IMG/VR virus record: IMGVR_UViG_3300008120_009632
Coordinates: 23,452 to 87,451 of that record
Length of the DNA stretch: 64,000 nt
From: a virus
Strand: one strand, 5' to 3'
Positions 9,504 through 19,135 of the stretch are shown piece after piece; positions within the stretch are counted from its first letter, which is position 1; every line of letters begins with the position of its first letter. The notes under the pieces are model-generated. The model did not search any database, had not been told where the DNA came from, and saw only the letters and a program-made list of their open reading frames with translations. The position numbers and the translations under genes were made by a program.

Positions 9504-10478
9504 CTAATTAAATAAATCTTCTTCTGTAAAACTTTGTGTGCTTTTTGCGTATTCTACTGGTCTGCTATGGAAAAAATCTGTCATATTATTTCCTAGTACC
9601 TGTTCATCAAACCACGATGTTTTCCCTATAACTTCTTCATCGATATCAAATACGGGATCAAATCCTATTTTAATTAATGATTCGTTCATTCTGTTTTTAA
9701 TGAATTCTTTTAAGAGCGGTGAATTTAACTTATCATGATCATACCCATTTACAATCCACTCTATTATTTGGCATTCATATTTGATCGCTTCTGATGCTTC
9801 TGATATTATCTTGTCTTTTAGCTCATCATCAAACAATTCTGGATACTCTTCTTGGATAGCATTGATAATCTTTATGCCTATCATAGCGTGTAGATTTTCT
9901 TCTCTGGATGTATATTCTACTTGTTTGTTTGTATCCTTAAGAAGGTTTTTATATCTACCAAACCAACTTATTGTATAAAACTGAGAAAATAAAGCGATAT
10001 TTTCAACAAACAATGTAAATAGTATTAAAGAGTAAATGAATTGTTTTTTATTATTTTCATGGAATTTATGCAAATGTTTTCTGAGATAGTTTACTCGTCC
10101 TTTGATGATATCCAATTTTAGAATCTCATCAAAACTATCATCGATACCTAATACTTCTAGTAATCTTTCATAAGCATCTCCATGAATGACCTCTACATTG
10201 GCCATCACATATCCCATATCATTAATCGATGGATGAGGAAGATTATCTCCTAGTTTAGCCCAAAATTTCTTTACTGATATCTCTAATTGACCTATTGTAG
10301 ATAAAGCTCTTATAACAATCTGTTTTTCTTGGTCTGTTAAATTAACAAGAAAATCTTGAACATCACTTTGGAAATTAAATTCTCTATGAGTCCAAAATCC
10401 GTTGTGCATTGCCTCTATAAAATCTTGTGTCCAAGGATAATGATCTGGTTTTCTGGTAATTTGTTCATCAAATATCAT
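9504..10478 (-). CDS. nrdB: Class I ribonucleotide reductase beta subunit, class Id-like
   Basis: QLEISVKKFW, EVIHGDAY, VENIALFSQF, EENLH, DFF..RPVEY. Confidence 0.95.
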   Translation of the reverse strand: MIFDEQITRKPDHYPWTQDFIEAMHNGFWTHREFNFQSDVQDFLVNLTDQEKQIVIRALSTIGQLEISVKKFWAKLGDNLPHPSINDMGYVMANVEVIHGDAYERLLEVLGIDDSFDEILKLDIIKGRVNYLRKHLHKFHENNKKQFIYSLILFTLFVENIALFSQFYTISWFGRYKNLLKDTNKQVEYTSREENLHAMIGIKIINAIQEEYPELFDDELKDKIISEASEAIKYECQIIEWIVNGYDHDKLNSPLLKEFIKNRMNESLIKIGFDPVFDIDEEVIGKTSWFDEQVLGNNMTDFFHSRPVEYAKSTQSFTEEDLFN

Positions 10479-10545
10479 ACACTTATTCCTTTGTCGAGTA
10501 TTTTTACGCAGAATGACGTAGACTGTTGTAAAATTTTAGGTGATA

Positions 10546-11013
10546 TCATAATACACCGCAAAGATTCTTAATCCACGAAAGATCAGGTTTTACTATCAGT
10601 ATTTCTATTCCGCTCATTTTTACAAAGTCATCAAATCTTTTTTTTGCTTCACTATCAAATAATTTTGTCCCATGATCATCTGTCATAAAAACTTTTGTCA
10701 CTCCTTCTTGCCACAATGCCATAATACAATCATTGCAGCATTGACCAGTAACATATGCAACACCATTATCTGGCCTAACAACACAATTGGATAAAGCGTT
10801 TCTTTCGGCATGAATCATCCATGGATATTTTTCTGGCCTGGTTTTTGGTAATTGTTGATCATCCAATCCTCTGGCAAAGCCATTATATCCGGCACCCAAA
10901 ATTCTATTATTTACGTCCGTGATAATACAACCGTGTTTTGTATGAATATCGTGACTACGTTGAGATACAACTTTAGCCATGCCCAGAAAATAGTTTGTCC
11001 ACGATGGTCTCAT
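10546..11013 (-). CDS. dCMP deaminase
   Basis: HAERNA, CCNDC zinc motif, GYNG; likely start MRPSW at 11013. Confidence 0.92.
   Translation of the reverse strand: MRPSWTNYFLGMAKVVSQRSHDIHTKHGCIITDVNNRILGAGYNGFARGLDDQQLPKTRPEKYPWMIHAERNALSNCVVRPDNGVAYVTGQCCNDCIMALWQEGVTKVFMTDDHGTKLFDSEAKKRFDDFVKMSGIEILIVKPDLSWIKNLCGVL
10548..10557 (-). promoter_or_regulatory. GGTGTA-class putative promoter (GGTGTATTAT)
   Basis: Embedded in the last codons (G-V-L-stop) of the deaminase gene, upstream of nrdB. Confidence 0.55.
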
Positions 11014-11019
11014 GAAGAT

Positions 11020-11047
11020 ATGATACTCGATGCTGATCAAAAGTCAA
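11020..11047 (-). promoter_or_regulatory. sigma70-like promoter TTGACT-N16-TATCAT, probably leaderless
   Basis: -10 box ends 6 nt before ATG 11013; no SD. Confidence 0.6.
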
Positions 11048-11056
11048 CAGTGTTTT

Positions 11057-12532
11057 TTATATCGTGTCGAGTATGATTTTGGGCGCTGAGAATTCTGAAA
11101 TTATATAATCAATATTTTGTGTTGTTTTATTTGGTGTTTTATTGAGATTTAAATTTTTTAGTTTTCTAGAAATAGTATTGAGATCATTGTTATGATCGTA
11201 TAAAATAATAAAATTTTCTAGTTTTTCTTTTGGATGTTCATAGTGGATATTTTTATCTAATACTATGATTTTTTTATTCATATACAGATTCTCTAATACA
11301 ACAAAGGGACAAGGGTCGGATATACTTGTTAAGAAAAAATAGTCCAGAATATTGAAATACTTGTACGGATTTTCTGTTGTTGAGACAATAAATAAATTCT
11401 TGATATTCTTGTATTTTTCTTCTACCTTCTTAGGATCTGCCCCAATCCATAAAAATTGTACATAAGGGTGCTTAGAGCATAGATTAGCAAAGAGATCGAA
11501 ATTTTTCCTTTTACATACGGTTCCACACATACCTATAATGACTTTATTCTTGTCTAATCTATTTTTTCCATTAACACTAATAATAGGCTGGTCTATATTC
11601 TCATGTTTTAAAAGATCTATCTTGGATTGTTCTTCTGTTGGTAAGAATGGTGGAGAAACGTGGATATTTGTAAACCCTTTAGATATAAACTCATTTTTAA
11701 TTTTTTCTGTTACCACATAAATTGGTTGATTTTTTAATAAGTTATTATATTTATCATTAGTAAAAATGCTAAAACCATTATATGTTTCATGAAAGTATAA
11801 TGTTGTATATTTTAATTCTTCTATAAATTTAGACACATATAACAAATAAATATTTAATGAATTAGAATATATTTTAGATGGATTACTTTTACTAATAATT
11901 TGTTTTAATAGGTGCATATTGTTTAGATGATACGCTTGATTGTCAACATTTAAACAATTAGTTGGAAGAATATCAACAAATAATACCTTTAAATTTTGTT
12001 TAATTAAATGATGATATATATTTACTAGAGCTTTTGGTGCCCCGGTTAACGACGACGCATGATTAATTAATAATATATCTGCTTTTTGTATTTTTGCTAT
12101 ACTTTTACTGGAAGTTTCTAATATATCATTATATTTATAATCTGTTAAATATTCTCTTTTCTCTTGTATTCCGTGTCGTAAAAAATGTAACGTGGCGTCC
12201 TCATCGGTAAAATAAGATAAATCCACATTTAATATTTTATATATTTTTGGATCAAATTGATAATTTTGTAAAATATTTTCATATTCTTTTAAAGAAAATG
12301 TTTTGTCCACTAGTTTTTCTTTATAATTTCTATATTCGCTTTTACCATATAATACATAATGAATTTTAGCTTCTAATTCTGTGCTAAATTCATAAACATG
12401 TACAAGATCAGCACTATTTTTGAGATATGCTTTCCAATCAAAATCATCAGGAATTAGACACGGATGATCTGTTAAGAGTTTTTGAAAAATAGGATTGTGT
12501 ATTAAATCTTTAATTGATTGAATTTTTTGCAT
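11057..12532 (-). CDS. GT-B (GT4-like) glycosyltransferase with two N-terminal FD..Y...DL...A..H(Y/F)..(Y/H)G..E.R repeats
   Basis: TGAP, FHE, RKNFDLF, FLWIG, S..DP.P.V.LE. Confidence 0.8.
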   Translation of the reverse strand: MQKIQSIKDLIHNPIFQKLLTDHPCLIPDDFDWKAYLKNSADLVHVYEFSTELEAKIHYVLYGKSEYRNYKEKLVDKTFSLKEYENILQNYQFDPKIYKILNVDLSYFTDEDATLHFLRHGIQEKREYLTDYKYNDILETSSKSIAKIQKADILLINHASSLTGAPKALVNIYHHLIKQNLKVLFVDILPTNCLNVDNQAYHLNNMHLLKQIISKSNPSKIYSNSLNIYLLYVSKFIEELKYTTLYFHETYNGFSIFTNDKYNNLLKNQPIYVVTEKIKNEFISKGFTNIHVSPPFLPTEEQSKIDLLKHENIDQPIISVNGKNRLDKNKVIIGMCGTVCKRKNFDLFANLCSKHPYVQFLWIGADPKKVEEKYKNIKNLFIVSTTENPYKYFNILDYFFLTSISDPCPFVVLENLYMNKKIIVLDKNIHYEHPKEKLENFIILYDHNNDLNTISRKLKNLNLNKTPNKTTQNIDYIISEFSAPKIILDTI

Positions 12533-13490
12533 TTTTATCTTTAACTATTGTATGTTTATCTATAATAATATAATTTTGATATATAATAGTTGGCATATGA
12601 AGCCATTCTATTAGCATAGTATCTTTATTTTTGTCTATAATATTACCATAGGCATTTAGATCTTCTGTCAAATAACAGTGATTATCATAAGTGATGATTA
12701 AAGAATAATATTGCTCATTCGGAGCTTGGTCATTCAAAATTTTAATAACATCGTGCTGAGGGAAATTAAATGTTTTATAATTTGCTTTTATAATATAGCC
12801 AAATATTCTTTCTAAAGAATGAGCGTATGTTCCGCTTGCGGTATCATCTACTTTACCTTTTTCTTGTTGTAGATAAAAATTTAATTTTTCACATATTTTT
12901 GGAGTAAAATATTTTTTATAGATTGATGTTTTTGACCAAAACATATTACCAGCTGGAAATGATGAATTTGCCACATAGTCATAATCTATATTCATCATAT
13001 TGACAATATTTTTTATAATATCAGTATTTCTGATTTCTCTATTGTCTAATAACAGATTTTGATTACATATCATACCAACAGTCGGATCTAATAATTGTAC
13101 TATATTATTATCAAATATTTGTTTTGATCCTATGAGATCATGAACCAAAACAGATCTCCACTGGATATTGTTCTTGACGCCCCACGATGATTTCTTAGAG
13201 TGTATTTTAATAAATGTGGGTTCAGACACTGTCTGTATTTGATTTAAAAATGGCGCAACGTCACAGCCATAATTATTTTGATAATATAATTTGTGATCCA
13301 AAGTTTTGATATCTTTTTCTATTTGTGGATAATCAGAAATTGTACTATCACACAAACCTAAATATAAAACAATATTATCAGATAATGGTTTTAACAGATT
13401 ATAGAATTCTGGCCATAGATCAATATGATACAACCAAAGAATAACTGCTACTTTATCTTGCTGTTGAATTGAGTTTGTTATACAGGACAA
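12510..13490 (-). CDS. Rhamnan synthesis protein F (RgpF)-like protein
   Basis: N.G.DV.PF, KIHSKKS, WR..L, F.AG.MFW, H.LER; start codon uncertain (TTG). Confidence 0.8.
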   Translation of the reverse strand: MSCITNSIQQQDKVAVILWLYHIDLWPEFYNLLKPLSDNIVLYLGLCDSTISDYPQIEKDIKTLDHKLYYQNNYGCDVAPFLNQIQTVSEPTFIKIHSKKSSWGVKNNIQWRSVLVHDLIGSKQIFDNNIVQLLDPTVGMICNQNLLLDNREIRNTDIIKNIVNMMNIDYDYVANSSFPAGNMFWSKTSIYKKYFTPKICEKLNFYLQQEKGKVDDTASGTYAHSLERIFGYIIKANYKTFNFPQHDVIKILNDQAPNEQYYSLIITYDNHCYLTEDLNAYGNIIDKNKDTMLIEWLHMPTIIYQNYIIIDKHTIVKDKNAKNSIN

Positions 13491-13707
13491 GGGTTAGAAT
13501 TCCTCCGGCTACCCCCATAAATATACCAGCAGGGCTAAGACTACTATACTCGCCCAGCATATATAATACGGCTCCACCCATATATGAGCCAGCTACTCCT
13601 AGTGCTACAGTTTTTACAAAACCAAAATTTTCTTCTCCTGGCACTATTGATTTGGCTATACTGCCGACAAATAAACCATATACACACCAAACTAATAAAT
13701 TAAACAT
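13453..13707 (-). CDS. GlsB/YeaQ/YmgE (transglycosylase-associated) membrane protein
   Basis: W...GL.VG.IAK.IVPG...T..LGVAGS..GG; three hydrophobic segments. Confidence 0.85.
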   Translation of the reverse strand: MFNLLVWCVYGLFVGSIAKSIVPGEENFGFVKTVALGVAGSYMGGAVLYMLGEYSSLSPAGIFMGVAGGILTLVLYNKLNSTAR

Positions 13708-14101
13708 TGGATGCCTCCAGTAGTGTTAATGCTTCGCCATCCGTGATAGTTTCTCCTTTATCTAGCAGAACTTCAGTTAATTTTATAGCATATTTATGAT
13801 AGTCTTCTTTTGAGAGCTGTTGACGCATAATACGTTTGATTCTTAATCTGGTAAACCAGCCTCGTTTGAGACTGTAGGATCGTATTTCTGCACCATAAAG
13901 ACCACCGACTTCTTTGGATGTCATATTTAAAGTTTTATTTTTATTACATTCTTGTAAAACTCTAATTACAGTTAATATTATACTAATTACCATTAAGATA
14001 GCAATTATGCTTCCAAAATTCTGATCTTCTGGAATATTAGCTTTTTTAAGAACATCTTTAGCTATATTTTCTAATTGTTTATTATTTTTAGATTTAGCCA
14101 T
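13700..14101 (-). CDS. Single-TM membrane protein
   Basis: FGSIIAILMVISIILTVIRV hydrophobic helix. Confidence 0.75.
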   Translation of the reverse strand: MAKSKNNKQLENIAKDVLKKANIPEDQNFGSIIAILMVISIILTVIRVLQECNKNKTLNMTSKEVGGLYGAEIRSYSLKRGWFTRLRIKRIMRQQLSKEDYHKYAIKLTEVLLDKGETITDGEALTLLEASNV

Positions 14102-14102
14102 A

Positions 14103-14435
14103 TTATTGCCTCACATTTATTGGCTTACAGGAACCCGTAGTGCAATTCTGCTCCAAAACAACAGGAGGATGAACAACAACTTTAGATGGTTGTTTGGTGT
14201 CTGGCTCGCAGTACCCACAGTCTACTTTCTTAATTCCGTCACCGCTTATATACCATCCTTTACCTTTGCATACTGGGCAATCTTTTCTTTTATATTTATT
14301 GGTGGTTTCTGAGTGTTGAGCTTTTATAATTGATCCTGCTAAAACTACTGATGCTTTTGTAGAACCATTATATTCATAGCTCATAGGCAAAGCTACTACA
14401 GATAGTAATAATATAGTATTAAGTATTTTGATCAT
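14103..14435 (-). CDS. Signal-peptide protein with DnaJ-like zinc finger
   Basis: Hydrophobic N-terminus; CPVCKGKG..SGDG....CGYC. Confidence 0.75.
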   Translation of the reverse strand: MIKILNTILLLSVVALPMSYEYNGSTKASVVLAGSIIKAQHSETTNKYKRKDCPVCKGKGWYISGDGIKKVDCGYCEPDTKQPSKVVVHPPVVLEQNCTTGSCKPINVRQ

Positions 14436-14586
14436 TGTTTCTCCATGGTAATATTTTTTTACGTTTTGGTTTTGGTATTTCTATATCATCTATGGATTTA
14501 GGAGCAAAAATTTTTAATATACCCAGTATAAAATTAGTAATAATGCTAATTAATCTATTTAATGCTATTTGATCTAATAGTCTCAT
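14419..14586 (-). CDS. 55-aa membrane-associated protein (not in ORF track)
   Basis: MRLLDQIALNRLISIITNFILGILKIFAPK...PWRNNDQNT; ATG overlaps the upstream TAA and fills the gap. Confidence 0.7.
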   Translation of the reverse strand: MRLLDQIALNRLISIITNFILGILKIFAPKSIDDIEIPKPKRKKILPWRNNDQNT

Positions 14587-15317
14587 TATGGAATATCTAC
14601 TCCTCTAATATAAAAATTATTTCCTCGTTTTAAAACTCGCGCTTTATTATTGGTCATTCCAACAAAAACATTTGTTGTGTATGAAGATGTTCCGGTACCG
14701 CAAGTATCTGACATATCTAATGTAGAGATTATTCCTGAATCACCATGGGTACTTACTGTCCAAACGTCACCAGTTCCCGCTCCATCACTAATAGGAGGTT
14801 CCGATGCACTACCACCAAAAGTATAGTATTCATCAGTACCACCTACTGGATAAATTCTCCATTGATTATAAGTTTGTACTATTCTAAATAAATTATTACT
14901 ATTAACAAAACTATGCCCATAATCATCTGTAGCATAGGTATATGTTCCGTTTATGTCGCTAGTACCTCCTTCCGTCCCTGCCCCTGTAATAATAATTTTA
15001 TTAAAAACATAGGATCCATTTACTTGCGTACTCCAATTATATGCATATGTTTTTATGGCTGGTGCAATTCCATTTACGGCCGACCAGCTATCGTAACTAA
15101 TAGGTAAAGATGGATTCACGGATGTTAGTAGAGTATATAATACTAAACTATTTTGATTATTAATAAGTTGCCAAGTGGTACCACTATTTGTTAAATAAAT
15201 AGCTCCTATTGTCCCAAATATATCATTTGGTTTTGTAAAAGTAGTATCAAAATTATCTCCATCATAAATACCATTAAATGTGGATGAACCACCACAAGCA
15301 ACATAAATTCTTGTCAT
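14586..15317 (-). CDS. Gly/Thr-rich beta protein with two internal repeats, probably a virion surface protein
   Basis: Two copies of (V/I)..(G/A)G...NG.Y...W.(L/I)...Y...P...W. Confidence 0.65.
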   Translation of the reverse strand: MTRIYVACGGSSTFNGIYDGDNFDTTFTKPNDIFGTIGAIYLTNSGTTWQLINNQNSLVLYTLLTSVNPSLPISYDSWSAVNGIAPAIKTYAYNWSTQVNGSYVFNKIIITGAGTEGGTSDINGTYTYATDDYGHSFVNSNNLFRIVQTYNQWRIYPVGGTDEYYTFGGSASEPPISDGAGTGDVWTVSTHGDSGIISTLDMSDTCGTGTSSYTTNVFVGMTNNKARVLKRGNNFYIRGVDIP

Positions 15318-16240
15318 AAATAATCCTCAAAACCATAAGAAGGAAGTTTTTGTACAGGAAATCCGTCAAAGTTACTAAAAGCATATGAGCCATTTGCTGC
15401 TAACATTCCAGCGGCTACTTCGGCACGGATTAAAAATGATCCATCAGGAATAGGACCCCATTCTGGATGACCTCCATCATTCCATTTGCCCCAACTATTT
15501 TGAACTAAGAATAATGGTTCACTGCCAGTATCATCACAGGCTATCCAAGCCATACAATGGGCCCAGTTACCACTAACATTAGCTATGCCTTTTTTATCTC
15601 TTTTATTGCTAAAGCCATAATTAGAGCATACTGCTAATCCATATCCATTAGCAAGAGCATCTCGTGCTTCTTCTATAGTAGTAACTAAACTTACTGTTTT
15701 TATTTGATGGTCATTAGCTATATCTATAACTTTATCTGGTAGTCCTCTTGCTCCCCAGCCAGCTCCAAGATTACCATTATATTTGCTAAAATCTGCTACT
15801 CCGTTATAGTTTTTTCTTAGTACTATTCCACCATTTTTATTTACAAATTCTGCTGCTCTGGCACAACTCATGCCTTGGCCACCATGACCTCTTGCTCCAT
15901 AAATAGCCTCTGTTGCTCCTCTTGCTACCCAAGATTCTTTTTCTCTATTTATATCTATCTCAACAGCTCTACTAACATCACAAGCATTTCTTGTGCCATG
16001 ACTTACACAATCTCCAGTAGTTTGTCTCTCTTCGTAAGCTTTTTTATCAAACTTTAATACGCTTTTATATGGCGTACTTAATTTTCCTTTACCACTATTA
16101 CTAATCCTTTTGCTAGCATCTCCAAATAACGGATATTTACTATTTTCCATTAAATGATCAAAAACATGCTGTTCCCATAAACAGCCACTAAAACCTTTTC
16201 TATAATTAGTATATAATTCTTCTGGCGTAAATCTAGCCAT
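15314..16240 (-). CDS. Papain-like (C1-type) cysteine peptidase
   Basis: Q..GDCVSHG, AHCM, QNSWG catalytic triad motifs. Confidence 0.85.
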   Translation of the reverse strand: MARFTPEELYTNYRKGFSGCLWEQHVFDHLMENSKYPLFGDASKRISNSGKGKLSTPYKSVLKFDKKAYEERQTTGDCVSHGTRNACDVSRAVEIDINREKESWVARGATEAIYGARGHGGQGMSCARAAEFVNKNGGIVLRKNYNGVADFSKYNGNLGAGWGARGLPDKVIDIANDHQIKTVSLVTTIEEARDALANGYGLAVCSNYGFSNKRDKKGIANVSGNWAHCMAWIACDDTGSEPLFLVQNSWGKWNDGGHPEWGPIPDGSFLIRAEVAAGMLAANGSYAFSNFDGFPVQKLPSYGFEDYL

Positions 16241-16731
16241 TATTTAGCTCCTTGATCGTATGCCCATGCTAAATACCTAAAAGCTTTTACTGCTTCTGCT
16301 CGTAGTTCAGCACTTAATGGTACAGAATCATCACCTATGACTGAGACAATAACATCTTTGCTCTCCTTAGCAAGATTTTGGTATTTATCTTTTATATCCA
16401 ACTTAAGCATAAGACCAGATAAACTATTAGCCTGTTTAATCTCTTCTGTATTTCTAATAACTTCATTTTCTTGATCCAAAGCTATCAAATCAGCAATATC
16501 TGCATAAAGATCTCTTAATCTTATAGCATCAGTTTTATTTCCATTTTTTACAACAGCTATAACATCGTCACATTCTTTTTTGATAGTATCATCTGTGGGA
16601 GCTTCAAGATTTAATACTACTCGATTAGTATTATTTTTTGATGGGATAAGATTAGATAAATTTGGTTTTAATAATCCTATAACAACTAAAATTCCAGCAA
16701 TAATTAATAAAATACTATTTTTGTCTTTCAT
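16240..16731 (-). CDS. N-terminally anchored membrane protein
   Basis: ILLIIAGILVVIGLL signal-anchor. Confidence 0.75.
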   Translation of the reverse strand: MKDKNSILLIIAGILVVIGLLKPNLSNLIPSKNNTNRVVLNLEAPTDDTIKKECDDVIAVVKNGNKTDAIRLRDLYADIADLIALDQENEVIRNTEEIKQANSLSGLMLKLDIKDKYQNLAKESKDVIVSVIGDDSVPLSAELRAEAVKAFRYLAWAYDQGAK

Positions 16732-17093
16732 AGAACATTTCCTTTATCTGGTGAACAAGCATTTGGGGACAAGTGTGGAAACATTTCATCTGCTACTTTA
16801 ACAGCTTCTGAGCATCCACTTTTAACAGCCAAGTCTCTGGTTTGTTTCCAGCTTGCTACTAATTGAAAAAATACATCCTCAGACGATTTGGGTTTGGATA
16901 CAACAACTGGAGTTTTAACATCCACTGGGAGAGAGAATTGATCTTTATTAAAGAGTTTTAGCAAAGCGGACTGAACCGGACTTAATTGATCTTTGAACAA
17001 GACCCATAGAATTAATCCAACACCAGCATAAAGAGCCAAATCCATGGCACCGAGTCCTTTAGAAAATTCTTCAAAACTTTGTGTAACGTTCAT
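16728..17093 (-). CDS. Single-TM membrane protein
   Basis: LALYAGVGLILWVLF; AAGGA SD. Confidence 0.75.
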   Translation of the reverse strand: MNVTQSFEEFSKGLGAMDLALYAGVGLILWVLFKDQLSPVQSALLKLFNKDQFSLPVDVKTPVVVSKPKSSEDVFFQLVASWKQTRDLAVKSGCSEAVKVADEMFPHLSPNACSPDKGNVL

Positions 17094-17110
17094 ATATTTT
17101 TCCTTTTTAT

Positions 17111-17533
17111 TTATGGCACTTCATTGACTGTTACTGCTGACAAATAATCTTTTGATGGGAATATTCCAATCTCTCTGAATGTTGCAACCATTGCATCTAT
17201 ACTGGAACTAACCAAAATCATCAAAAAACTTTTTGTGTACTTATGTATAATAGATTCTGCAACAGATGGAACAAGGGGAATATCTATCGCTATAAAGACA
17301 GCATCATAAAATTGTGATAATAGTGACATTGCTATTTCTTTTTTATCTTTTCCTGCTAAACTTTTGCTTTTATTTTCTATACTTTGTACTATTTTAGCTA
17401 CTGCTAGTTGCAAAATTTTCCATGCTTGTGCAATAGCAACAGATTTAACTTCGCCTAGGATTTTTTGATTTTCTTGAATTAGGTTTTCTAGATCTACTTT
17501 TAGATTTTCTGCTTGGTACTGGAACTGGTTCAT
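17111..17533 (-). CDS. Helical hypothetical protein
   Basis: Likely start MNQFQ at 17533, overlapping the basic tail of the upstream gene. Confidence 0.7.
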   Translation of the reverse strand: MNQFQYQAENLKVDLENLIQENQKILGEVKSVAIAQAWKILQLAVAKIVQSIENKSKSLAGKDKKEIAMSLLSQFYDAVFIAIDIPLVPSVAESIIHKYTKSFLMILVSSSIDAMVATFREIGIFPSKDYLSAVTVNEVP

Positions 17534-17798
17534 TTGATTGAGTATTTTCTGTTGTTGTTGGACTAGTAGAAGAATAGAATGTCTTTTTGATCTCTTTCCT
17601 ACCATTTAAATATTTAACTAATATGGCTAATTGACCACCTATTAGTATAATACTTTCTACACCATGACTAACATCTCGTATCAAATCTTCTTTTTGTTGA
17701 GAATCTTCGCCAAATAACCCTATTAAATATAGTCCACTAAATATGAAACTGACTAATGTAAACCAAAATTCACTAGTTTTATAACCTGGTTTGATCAT
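17445..17798 (-). CDS. Holin-like membrane protein (2 TM, highly basic C-terminus)
   Basis: KPGYKTSEFW motif, two hydrophobic helices, Arg/Lys-rich tail. Confidence 0.6.
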   Translation of the reverse strand: MIKPGYKTSEFWFTLVSFIFSGLYLIGLFGEDSQQKEDLIRDVSHGVESIILIGGQLAILVKYLNGRKEIKKTFYSSTSPTTTENTQSNEPVPVPSRKSKSRSRKPNSRKSKNPRRS

Positions 17799-17820
17799 AT
17801 TATATTTCCCCTAAAATATA

Positions 17821-18891
17821 TTAATATTCTAATAGCATACAATCTCCGGGATTTGCTGCCCAATCAGAGCATCCAACAGTATAACCAATTACAGAACCAT
17901 TATTCACATGTCTTTGTCCAATAAGACCTCTGTTTACAAAACTTATTCCTCTTAACTTACCCACCATTTCATTTGAATCTTGGTATTTATATACCATCGG
18001 TATTTTAACATATCTTCCAGATGGAGTTCTGAGTGAAGAAGAACCATTGCTTTGATTGGGTGTCATAACTAAATTTGAATATTTTATAGTACTTGTTCCA
18101 GGAGCAAATAATCCACAATGAGCATTAGAACTGCTTGATGCATGACCATGAATAAATCCTCTAGCGGCATTATTATAAAATGCACTACCAACAGCGGTAC
18201 CATTAAAATGATCTATACCCCATATACCATAAGTATTCCAAGGAACGCCATAAGCTGTAGAATGACCGCTAGTAATCATTCCATAAAGATTACCATCAGT
18301 TTCAGCATCAGAAGAGTGAGAACTTTCTGGATCCCATAAAGCTCCAGCAATACCTCCATTACTATATGATGCTGCAGTACTAACTCCTGTAGATATAAAG
18401 AAGACCGCTACTGACTCTTTACTTTCATATAAATGTATATTTCCAGTAAAAGTAGTTAATCCAGAATTTGCTGCTGCTCTGGATCCTAAAATTTTCCAAT
18501 ATCCAAAAGTTGAGCCACTAGTAAAAGGATTAGAATTATTCCAACTAGAAAAAGCACCAGCATTTTTAGTAATATTCATCATTAATGTATTAGTAGTATA
18601 AGTATCAGGACTAGCCATCGTAGGAGAAGGAGATGGTGTGGTGCTACTTCCAGCAATTAATATTTTTGCTGATCCTGCATTAGGTGTAACATGTAATGCT
18701 TCTGTTGTTCCAGCATTTTGATATCTGTCCCATGTTCCTGCTGAACCTGTGCCATTAGAACGCGATGATCCGTCTTGGTATGTGGAAGATGTTGCTAGTG
18801 TGTATATAGCATTCATTATAGTGTCTACAGTACCATTACTACTAATAGATGCTACTCCAACATATCTCCATTCAACCGGCATTAATGACAT
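17821..18891 (-). CDS. Ser/Thr/Gly-rich putative virion structural protein
   Basis: Composition typical of tail/appendage proteins; no catalytic motif. Confidence 0.6.
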   Translation of the reverse strand: MSLMPVEWRYVGVASISSNGTVDTIMNAIYTLATSSTYQDGSSRSNGTGSAGTWDRYQNAGTTEALHVTPNAGSAKILIAGSSTTPSPSPTMASPDTYTTNTLMMNITKNAGAFSSWNNSNPFTSGSTFGYWKILGSRAAANSGLTTFTGNIHLYESKESVAVFFISTGVSTAASYSNGGIAGALWDPESSHSSDAETDGNLYGMITSGHSTAYGVPWNTYGIWGIDHFNGTAVGSAFYNNAARGFIHGHASSSSNAHCGLFAPGTSTIKYSNLVMTPNQSNGSSSLRTPSGRYVKIPMVYKYQDSNEMVGKLRGISFVNRGLIGQRHVNNGSVIGYTVGCSDWAANPGDCMLLEY

Positions 18892-18900
18892 GTTTTACTC

Positions 18901-19080
18901 CTAATTAATGGTAGCTTCATACGAAATAAATTGTTCATAATTAATAGATCCAACATATACATCTAAAATATCAGAAGAATAATATTCTGGAGTAAATCCA
19001 CTTGGAAAAATACTCTGATCATATATTAGAATATTTCCTAGATATATTTTAGATATATTATTATTTAATATTATTGGCAT
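18901..19080 (-). CDS. Small protein with NNISKIYLGN fibre-adaptor-like motif
   Basis: N-terminal motif shared with 20454..21074. Confidence 0.6.
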   Translation of the reverse strand: MPIILNNNISKIYLGNILIYDQSIFPSGFTPEYYSSDILDVYVGSINYEQFISYEATIN

Positions 19081-19116
19081 AAATGTAATCAATATATGTA
19101 TATTAATGTATTATAT

Positions 19117-19126
19117 ATTATACACC
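19117..19126 (-). promoter_or_regulatory. GGTGTA-class putative promoter (GGTGTATAAT)
   Basis: Intergenic copy of the motif. Confidence 0.6.
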
Positions 19127-19135
19127 AAAAATTGA

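Noticed and set aside
10475-10549. 24-codon ORF between the deaminase and nrdB
   Set aside because: No SD, overlaps a promoter motif, no supporting features
17534-17605. Long upstream extension of ORF 17111..17605
   Set aside because: Lies deep inside the holin-like gene; ATG 17533 is more plausible
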